A DNA stretch of 32,000 nt from NCBI RefSeq assembly GCF_021054785.1, contig NZ_CP088239.1, forward strand, positions 1,500,001-1,532,000. Reading direction: 5' to 3'. A program made the position numbers and the translations under genes. Below, piece after piece: positions 19,144-25,610 of this stretch (positions are counted from its first letter, which is position 1; every line of letters starts with the position of its first letter). Source of the DNA: Tannockella kyphosi (GTDB taxonomy: Bacteria > Bacillota_I > Bacilli_A > Erysipelotrichales > Coprobacillaceae). The notes under the pieces were generated by a model, which had not been told where the DNA came from, did no database searches, and was given only the letters and a program-made list of their open reading frames with translations.

Positions 19144-20550
19144 TTATTTTTTACAACACTTTTTATACTTTTTTCCACTCCCACATGGACAAGGTTCATT
19201 AGGAGATATTTTTGTTACTTTTCTTTCAACTCCCTTGTTTGTCCCAGTAGAATACGACATCATAGGAATAATACTTTCAGACCTTTCTGAATCAATATTC
19301 TTCTTTAACATTTCAGTCGGTGTGTGTCCGCAATTACGCCATATTCTAGTCGAATTCATTATCTCTATTATATAACTCACGACCTCATTTGCTTGATTTA
19401 TATCTTTCATTAGTATGTCAAATTTTTCCAATTGTGCAAAAACATACTGAATACATCCCTCGGAACTACCACCATATTCCATTAATTCAGCATCAAAAAT
19501 GAACTCATGAATTCCATCTAGGATGTAATCTATATAATCTATGGCTTGCATTTCTCCTTGGTTCGCCGCTTTCTTAAAGTTCTTCATATATTTGCGCTCT
19601 AAATACCTCACAAATCTTTTTTCTGCAATGTTTATTTCTCTATAACTTGCATCAGCATACCTTAAAAATTCTATTCTAGACGGGATATATCGCTCATTCT
19701 CTGCCGATTCCCAATACAATTCACGGAAATACGAAGTTGCTCTTTTATAAAAGAATTCGTCTAAATGTTCTTCTGTAATCTCTGTATTTTTGTTACGAAG
19801 GAACCTAGCCATTTTTTCTATTTCCTTTTCAAGTTGCTCTCTAAAGCATTCATGTAGAATCAGTCCATCCATAGTCATACACACCCCTGGTATCATATTT
19901 CCAATTATGTTACTAAGGACTGCTGTGCACATATGCTTTGGGTTAAATACGATTGAATGAGCGTATTTCCCACCCAAACGTATATATCCATCTTCTTCCC
20001 ATATTTTCTTTTCATATTGCCTTATCAACGACTCTAATTCTTTAACATGAATTACACCATATAAATGAACAGCTGCCAATGCATATTGTCGAATCATATC
20101 TACGTATGCTTTACGTTTCATATATACCTTATCAATCGCTAAGATATCATAATCTTCTTGACATCTGTAAGATTCTAATAATCGCCTTATTTCATCATCA
20201 TCGAAACCTATAGTTATACAAAAACATTCAAAAATAGCATCCTCGCCTAACGCCTCTGCAATTAAGTTTATTTTTTCCTGTTTTTTTAATTTGTATGGAT
20301 TGTCGGCCATTTCACAAATTCTTCTACAGATTTCTAAAGCTGCTTCATCTAAAAAATCATATTGAGACTCAACAAACATCATAGATGTTTGTTCCGCTAC
20401 TATCTCTAGAAATTCATTTTTAGTCCCTTGTACCAATTCTCTAATATCACAATTCTTCTCAATAACCTGTACTACAATAGTCAGTAACTTATCAATATCT
20501 TTTGCATAATATTTCATTAAGCAATTCTGTATTTTATCTTTTCTACTCAT
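19144..20550 (-). CDS. SEC-C-motif (SecA-type zinc finger) protein, function unknown
   Basis: 468-aa protein whose composition looks predominantly helical, ending EPCPCGSGKKYKKCCKK. I recognise no catalytic motif. Confidence 0.65.
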   Translation of the reverse strand: MSRKDKIQNCLMKYYAKDIDKLLTIVVQVIEKNCDIRELVQGTKNEFLEIVAEQTSMMFVESQYDFLDEAALEICRRICEMADNPYKLKKQEKINLIAEALGEDAIFECFCITIGFDDDEIRRLLESYRCQEDYDILAIDKVYMKRKAYVDMIRQYALAAVHLYGVIHVKELESLIRQYEKKIWEEDGYIRLGGKYAHSIVFNPKHMCTAVLSNIIGNMIPGVCMTMDGLILHECFREQLEKEIEKMARFLRNKNTEITEEHLDEFFYKRATSYFRELYWESAENERYIPSRIEFLRYADASYREINIAEKRFVRYLERKYMKNFKKAANQGEMQAIDYIDYILDGIHEFIFDAELMEYGGSSEGCIQYVFAQLEKFDILMKDINQANEVVSYIIEIMNSTRIWRNCGHTPTEMLKKNIDSERSESIIPMMSYSTGTNKGVERKVTKISPNEPCPCGSGKKYKKCCKK

Positions 20551-20829
20551 TTTTTACACCTATTCTTTCTTTTTATTTACGCATCACCCCTTGGTGATAA
20601 ATTCATATTCGTTGTGAATATGTGCTTCCTTTTTCATATCTTCATACTAACAAAAACATCAATTTAACAAATCAGCTAACACGCTAGCTTTTAAAACTTC
20701 TACCTTCCCAAAATACGAGAATGATATTACATATTCTACTTTATCAAAGCTATTCTCATTAATCAAGTATATAAGATCACTTCACCAAATCGTATTGACT
20801 ATTTATTAATAAATGGATATACTATTGGT

Positions 20830-20879
20830 GAGGTTAAGTAGATTAACTTAAAAAAAAGAGATCGGCCGATCTCTTTTTT
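20830..20879 (+). ncRNA. Candidate type I antitoxin sRNA (copy 3)
   Basis: Promoter TTGACT-17 nt-TATACT (20795-20823). The 20-nt perfect palindrome AAGAGATCGGCCGATCTCTT (20856-20875) plus a T-run ends the transcript after ~50 nt. Nt 20830-20845 can pair with the toxin mRNA at 20902-20917, including two G-U pairs. Confidence 0.5.
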
Positions 20880-20921
20880 CGTTCTTACGAACTAATCGTT
20901 GGAGGCTAAGTAGATCAAGAG

Positions 20922-20978
20922 CTAGTTATCTTTTATAATAACTATAATCAATACAAGAACCACAATAAGTAGTTCCAT
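20922..20978 (-). CDS. Candidate type I toxin, 18-aa hydrophobic peptide MELLIVVLVLIIVIIKDN (copy 3)
   Basis: Extended -10 TGGTATAAT (21058-21066) and AGGAG (20987-20991) 8 nt before the ATG. It converges on the sRNA terminator. The identical peptide is encoded at 22885-22941. It is below the ORF-track size cutoff. Confidence 0.5.
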   Translation of the reverse strand: MELLIVVLVLIIVIIKDN

Positions 20979-21195
20979 AATCAATACTCCTAATTCAAAC
21001 TTGACCTCCAACATAACATGTTTTTAGTCATAATATTGCCCTCCACCGACTGTCAATATTATACCATATTCGTACGATGAAAAGAGTCTTTTCAATGATA
21101 ATTCGTTCACTATTTTTTATAAATTTATCAACTAAAAATAGTTTCCTTTATATCTAAGAAATCTTATTGATTTCTTCTTTTTTTATACAAAAATA

Positions 21196-21291
21196 TTAAT
21201 TTTGTTTCATAACATTTAACATAATACCTACTGCAATAAGTGTAATCGTTAAAGAAGATCCACCATAACTAAAAAATGGTAAAGTGACGCC
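21196..21291 (-). pseudogene. Exact orphan duplicate of the last 96 nt of ftsW
   Basis: Identical by eye to 23159-23254 (codons for [31 protein letters not shown]). Identity stops abruptly after GTGACGCC at 21291 and 23254. Confidence 0.85.
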
Positions 21292-21300
21292 TGTAACGTG

Positions 21301-21330
21301 TAGTTCACGCTCCCTTTAGAACGTGAACTA
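21301..21330. repeat. 9-bp inverted repeat next to the ftsW' junction
   Basis: TAGTTCACG-12 nt-CGTGAACTA, beginning 10 nt from the homology breakpoint. Confidence 0.6.
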
Positions 21331-21585
21331 GCTATCACACTTAAATCCACATTAAAGAATACTTCTATGTTTCTTTCTTCATCTATTTCTACCTTTGAAT
21401 TAAATCCAATATTAGTTTACGATTAACCTCTTTTAAACTCACAAACTGTTCAATCGTTCTTTTCACTTCATCACAGCTAACAATATTTTTTTGTCATCTT
21501 TTAGTATTTCTAATCTTGTGTTTAGTTTGTTTACTTTGGGGGTGCGGACGTTTTCGTTGATATTTATATCTTGGATAGGCTACAA
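21330..21585 (-). pseudogene. C-terminal remnant of a large serine recombinase (DUF4368-like tail), frameshifted
   Basis: Minus-strand frames read ...NTRLEILKDDKKILL..., then KRTIEQFVSLKEVNRKLILDLIQR, then VEIDEERNIEVFFNV. This resembles the coiled-coil and terminal domain of Firmicute large serine recombinases. It is interrupted by stops or frame changes, and the N-terminal ~400 aa are absent. Confidence 0.4.
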
Positions 21586-21816
21586 AAAACTGGACAGTTA
21601 TTATAAGAGCGACTATTGTTAATGATAACTAAAAAGGAGGCTATAGAAATAGAAGAGAAAGATGTATTTTTACAACTGCATTTAAAAAGCAGCTTGAAAC
21701 ATCTATTCACTTTTCAATAATCTCTGGAGACTTAAAAACTCCCCCTCATATATATATCTGCAAAAGGTGAGCAAGTTGACCGAATTATTTTTAACTTTAG
21801 TAGCATAATTGAAATA

Positions 21817-21834
21817 ATATCATAATTATGATAT
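21817..21834. promoter_or_regulatory. 18-bp perfect palindrome overlapping the phd promoter (candidate operator)
   Basis: ATATCATAATTATGATAT lies between TTGAAA and TATAAT, upstream of the antitoxin at 21867. Confidence 0.45.
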
Positions 21835-21866
21835 TATAATGATAATAACGGAAGGAGCTGATAGCT

Positions 21867-22154
21867 ATGCCAAAGATTAGACCGGTTTCGGATTTAAGAA
21901 ACAACTTTACTGATATTTCAAGAATTATTCATGAGGAATCAGAGCCTATCTTTTTAACTAAAAATGGTTATGGGGATATGGTTGTAATGAGCATTGAGGC
22001 TTACGAAAAACTCCAATTTGAGAATGAAGTCTATTTCAAATTGAAAGAAGCAGAATTACAAGCAAAGAGTACTGATATAAGATATTCTCATGAAGAAGTT
22101 TTTGGAGATTTAAGAAAAAAACTCCAAGATAAGGTAGACATAGATGACATATAA
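21867..22154 (+). CDS. Phd/YefM-family type II antitoxin (copy B)
   Basis: Same signature as copy A, with a GGAAGGAG RBS. Confidence 0.85.
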   Translation: MPKIRPVSDLRNNFTDISRIIHEESEPIFLTKNGYGDMVVMSIEAYEKLQFENEVYFKLKEAELQAKSTDIRYSHEEVFGDLRKKLQDKVDIDDI

Positions 22155-22439
22155 AATACAATATCTACCAATTGCAAGAGAAGATATTGAACAGTCAGTG
22201 ATTGTTTGTATGCACCTAAAGCAGCATTAGATTTACTTGACAACATAGATAAAACTATAGACAACTTAAAAACCTTTCCACTTGCATATCCAGTCAATGA
22301 AACAACAAAACCTCTTGATTTTGAATATCGAATGATACCTGTTAAAAACTATTTAATTTTCTATGTAGTTACAGGAGATATTGTTGAAATTCATAGAGTG
22401 GTATACTCGAAAATGGATTTAACAAGACTACTAAAATAA
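22144..22439 (+). pseudogene. ParE/RelE-family toxin with an N-terminal frameshift
   Basis: ATG 22144 overlaps the antitoxin stop and gives MTYKIQYLPIAREDIEQSV, then stops at 22228-22230. The rest (YAPKAALDLLDNIDKTIDNLKTFPLAYP...YRMIPVKNYLIFYVVTGDIVEIHRVVYSKMD) is in another frame, open from 22191. The C-terminal part is a typical ParE/RelE fold signature. Confidence 0.65.
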
Positions 22440-22788
22440 CCAAATACTCCAAAGGCATTGATAAATTGAACAAAGTTACTTTACAAGCAATTCAAGATGT
22501 TTAAAACGATATTGGTACAAGCAAAGATTTTCATTCTACACCAGAACTTATGGGTAATTTAAAATTTTGAAACTGTAGATAAATCAAACTCTATGAAGAA
22601 CTAAATAAGCAGACCCAAGAAACACCGTAAATTCCAAATTTACTCAACTAACACGCTAGCTTTTGGAACTTCTATGAGAATGATATTACATGTTCACCTT
22701 TACCAAAGATTTTCTCATTAATCAAGTATATAGGATTACTTCACCAGATTGTATTGACTGTTTTTTAGTAAATGGGTATACTATTGGT

Positions 22789-22841
22789 GAGGTAAGATGG
22801 AATTACCAATAAAAAAAGAGATCCTGCTAGATCTCTTTTTT
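22789..22841 (+). ncRNA. Candidate type I antitoxin sRNA (copy 4)
   Basis: TTGACT-17-TATACT (22754-22782) and terminator AGAGATC-CTGCTA-GATCTCT plus T-run (22813-22841). Nt 22791-22805 match the target at 22866-22880 at 13 of 15 positions, and both differences give G-U pairs. Confidence 0.5.
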
Positions 22842-22884
22842 CGTTCTTACGAACTAGTCGTTGAAGGCAAGATGGAATCAAGAG

Positions 22885-22941
22885 CTAGTTATCTTTTATA
22901 ATAACTATAATCAATACAAGAACCACAATAAGTAGTTCCAT
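22885..22941 (-). CDS. Candidate type I toxin, 18-aa peptide MELLIVVLVLIIVIIKDN (copy 4)
   Basis: TGGTATAAT (23021-23029) and an AGGAGG RBS 7 nt before the ATG. The ORF nucleotide sequence is identical to copy 3. Confidence 0.5.
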   Translation of the reverse strand: MELLIVVLVLIIVIIKDN

Positions 22942-23118
22942 GATCGATCCTCCTAATTCAAACTTGACCTCCAACATAACATGTTTTTAGTCATAATATT
23001 GCCCTCCACCGACTGTCAATATTATACCATATTCGTACGATGAAAAGAGTCTTTTCAATGATAATTCGTTCACTATTTTTTATAAATTTATCAACTAAAA
23101 ATAGTTTCCTTTATATAC

Positions 23119-23147
23119 GAGAAATCTTATTGATTTCTTCTTTTTTT
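23119..23147 (+). terminator. Plus-strand intrinsic terminator between the toxin promoter region and the ftsW stop
   Basis: AGAAATC-TTATT-GATTTCT followed by CTTTTTTT. The same element occurs at ~21157-21186. The T-run is on the plus strand only. Confidence 0.5.
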
Positions 23148-23158
23148 ATACAAAAATA

Positions 23159-24232
23159 TTAATTTTGTTTCATAACATTTAACATAATACCTACTGCAAT
23201 AAGTGTAATCGTTAAAGAAGATCCACCATAACTAAAAAATGGTAAAGTGACGCCAGTTATCGGAAAAATTCCAACAACCACACCCAAGTTAATCAATGCT
23301 TGTATTGACAATAATGAACCAATCCCAACTAACAAAAAACATCCAAATAAATCATGACATTCCTTGGCACTAGAAATAATAAGATAAATTAAAAAAACAT
23401 ATAATCCAATTAAAAAAATAGCTCCTATCAAACCAAATTCTTCGCAATAAATAGCAAATATAAAATCAGTTTGAGGCTCTGGTAAATAAAAGTGTTTTTG
23501 AATACTATTATTATAACCAACCCCCACTATTCCTCCAGGTCCAATCGCATACAAAGATTGTATCATTTGAAATCCACTTCCCAAAGGATCGCCAAAAGGA
23601 TCTAAATAAGCAGTTATTCTTTCCAAACGATAAGGAGCCGCTACTATCATCCCAACTAACCCAGCAACACCCCCTAAACCAAGAAAAACAAAATAACGAA
23701 AAGGTAATGGTGTAACTAACAACATAACAACTATACTACTAGCCATCACGATAGCACTACCAAAATCAGGTTGCAACATAATCAAACCAAACCCTATCAA
23801 TATCACAACAAATAAAGCAATTGCATTGCTTATTTTTTTTAATTCCAAATAATACAAATGAATATAACGAGCACTATAAATAATAATACCAACTTTAAAT
23901 AATTCACTAGGTTGAAAAGAAACAATACCAAAATCAAACCAACTTTGTGATCCTCCTCTTGCACTACCAACTCCCGGAATAATTACTAAAATTAATAATA
24001 TAAATGTCACCAACAATAATTTTCTACTATGTACTAAATAAAAATGATAATCTATCTTAGAAACTATAAACATACATACAATCCCAATAAACGCAAAAAA
24101 TAATTGCCTCTTTATATAATAAAAAGAATCTCCAAACTTATAAAAAGCCCATACATTACTAGCGCTATAAACCATACACAAACCAATAAACACAATCACT
24201 AACACTACTCCAATGACTAATCTATATCGCAT
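23159..24232 (-). CDS. ftsW: SEDS-family peptidoglycan glycosyltransferase FtsW (SpoVE position in sporeformer dcw clusters)
   Basis: Ten-TM FtsW/RodA/SpoVE signature ([27 protein letters not shown]) and a position between murD and murG. Confidence 0.9.
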   Translation of the reverse strand: MRYRLVIGVVLVIVFIGLCMVYSASNVWAFYKFGDSFYYIKRQLFFAFIGIVCMFIVSKIDYHFYLVHSRKLLLVTFILLILVIIPGVGSARGGSQSWFDFGIVSFQPSELFKVGIIIYSARYIHLYYLELKKISNAIALFVVILIGFGLIMLQPDFGSAIVMASSIVVMLLVTPLPFRYFVFLGLGGVAGLVGMIVAAPYRLERITAYLDPFGDPLGSGFQMIQSLYAIGPGGIVGVGYNNSIQKHFYLPEPQTDFIFAIYCEEFGLIGAIFLIGLYVFLIYLIISSAKECHDLFGCFLLVGIGSLLSIQALINLGVVVGIFPITGVTLPFFSYGGSSLTITLIAVGIMLNVMKQN

Positions 24233-24271
24233 ATAAATCCCCCCACTTATTTATACGCAAAAAAAAGAGAG

Positions 24272-25609
24272 TTATAACTCTCTTATATACTGTTTAAACA
24301 TTTTTCCTCTTTGATCATAACCACTAAACTCATCAAAAGAACTTGTTGAAGGTGATAATAAAATAATATCTTCTTCTTTAGAAACCTCTAATGCTTTTTT
24401 AGTAGCTTCTAATAAATTTTCACAAAGATAACTTTTCTCTATACCCATTTCTTCATAAAATCTTTGTCCTGCAGCTCCAAATGCAATAAAAGTATCTACT
24501 TTATCACGATAAGATTTTAACTCCGTTAAATCTAATCCTTTATCAAAACCACCCATCAATAAAACAACCGGTTTATCAAAAGCCTTTAATGCAATAATAG
24601 TTGCATCACAATTAGTTGCCTTAGAATCATTATAAATCTCTTTACCATCTTTATTCATAACATACTCAATGCGATGTTCTACTCCATGAAACGAAGCAAT
24701 TGCATTTGCAATAACATGATTATCATAACCTAATTGCTTAGCAACACAAGTGGCTATCATACAATTTTGAACATTATGTTTACCAACTACTCTAATATCT
24801 TTTAGATCAATAATCTTTGTTCCCTGATAATAAATAGAATTATCTTTTAAGCAACAATCAGCATCTTGTTCTAAAGAAAAAGTAATCGTAGAACAAGGAA
24901 TAGGATATTGTTTTATATATTCTAAAACCACTAAATCATCGATATTTAACAAAAAAGTTCCTGTTGTTTGATGCTTATAAATATTTGTTTTCGAAGCATA
25001 ATATTCTTCTAAAGAAAGCATATAATCTAAATGATCAGGTGTTAAATTAATAATACTAGAAACATTTGGTGCAAATGTTTCTATATCTAATAATTGAAAA
25101 TTACTCATTTCTAATATAATGGTATGTCCTTCAACTTGTAATAAGTTATGTTCCATAATAATATCACAAAAAGGATAACCAACATTCCCTGCTAAGTGGA
25201 CCTTATCATTGGTAGATTTTAAAATTTCTTCAATTAAATGAACAGTTGTTGTCTTCCCATTTGTACCCGTAATAGCAACATAATTTTGTTCCTTAGCACA
25301 CTGAAAACCCAATTCTATCTCTGTATACACCGGAATATTTCTTTCCTTTAAACGTAAAATAAAAGGCTTTTGATAATTAATTCCCGGGTTTTTTACTACA
25401 AAATCAAAATCTCTTTCAAATAACTCCTCTGGATGTCCTCCAGTAATCATCTCAATTCCTTGATTAACATAATCATCATACTCTTCAATAGATTCTTTTT
25501 TATCAAAAACATTAACTGTAATCGTAGCATTTGTTGCTTGTAATAAGCCAATAGCAGCTCTCCCACTTTTTGCCAGCCCTAATACTAACACTTTTTTCCC
25601 TGTTAACAT
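24272..25609 (-). CDS. murD: UDP-N-acetylmuramoylalanine--D-glutamate ligase
   Basis: N-terminal GLAKSG Rossmann motif, the Mur ligase P-loop GTNGKTTT, and synteny with mraY. Confidence 0.95.
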   Translation of the reverse strand: MLTGKKVLVLGLAKSGRAAIGLLQATNATITVNVFDKKESIEEYDDYVNQGIEMITGGHPEELFERDFDFVVKNPGINYQKPFILRLKERNIPVYTEIELGFQCAKEQNYVAITGTNGKTTTVHLIEEILKSTNDKVHLAGNVGYPFCDIIMEHNLLQVEGHTIILEMSNFQLLDIETFAPNVSSIINLTPDHLDYMLSLEEYYASKTNIYKHQTTGTFLLNIDDLVVLEYIKQYPIPCSTITFSLEQDADCCLKDNSIYYQGTKIIDLKDIRVVGKHNVQNCMIATCVAKQLGYDNHVIANAIASFHGVEHRIEYVMNKDGKEIYNDSKATNCDATIIALKAFDKPVVLLMGGFDKGLDLTELKSYRDKVDTFIAFGAAGQRFYEEMGIEKSYLCENLLEATKKALEVSKEEDIILLSPSTSSFDEFSGYDQRGKMFKQYIREL

Positions 25610-25610
25610 C

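Larger units (their letters stand above)
15980..21291. mobile_element. Decayed integrative-element remnant 2 (older), with no intact recombinase
   Basis: Bounded by the diverged ftsW 3' copy (15889-15979) and the exact ftsW 3' duplicate (21196-21291). It contains TA modules, an intron RT fragment and the SEC-C/P-loop cargo. Confidence 0.45.
21292..23254. mobile_element. Decayed integrative-element remnant 3 (proximal to ftsW)
   Basis: Bounded by two identical 96-nt ftsW 3' ends. The serine-recombinase remnant abuts one junction. The interior 21587-23254 is colinear with 16884-17829 plus 20672-21291. Confidence 0.45.

Noticed and set aside
20596-20611. Inverted repeat ATCACC-CCTT-GGTGAT upstream of the SEC-C gene as an operator
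   Set aside because: It has only 6-bp arms, occurs once and has no second half-site or partner regulator in the window, so the evidence is insufficient.
20999-21040. 13-codon upstream ORF (MTKNMLCWRSSLN) in the toxin mRNA leader
   Set aside because: It is not hydrophobic, has no SD at proper spacing, and overlaps the proposed 5' pairing arm. I treat it as leader sequence, though a regulatory uORF cannot be excluded.
22452-22570. Possible additional antitoxin gene after parE
   Set aside because: It has an in-frame stop (…QAIQDV*NDIG…) and no start or RBS. The other copy (17673-17750) carries a further internal deletion. I treat it as a decayed remnant, not a gene.
15980-23254. Active prophage, ICE or transposon
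   Set aside because: There is no intact integrase, transposase, replication, conjugation or structural gene, and the only recombinase-like and intron-like sequences are fragments. The region is an immobilised remnant.
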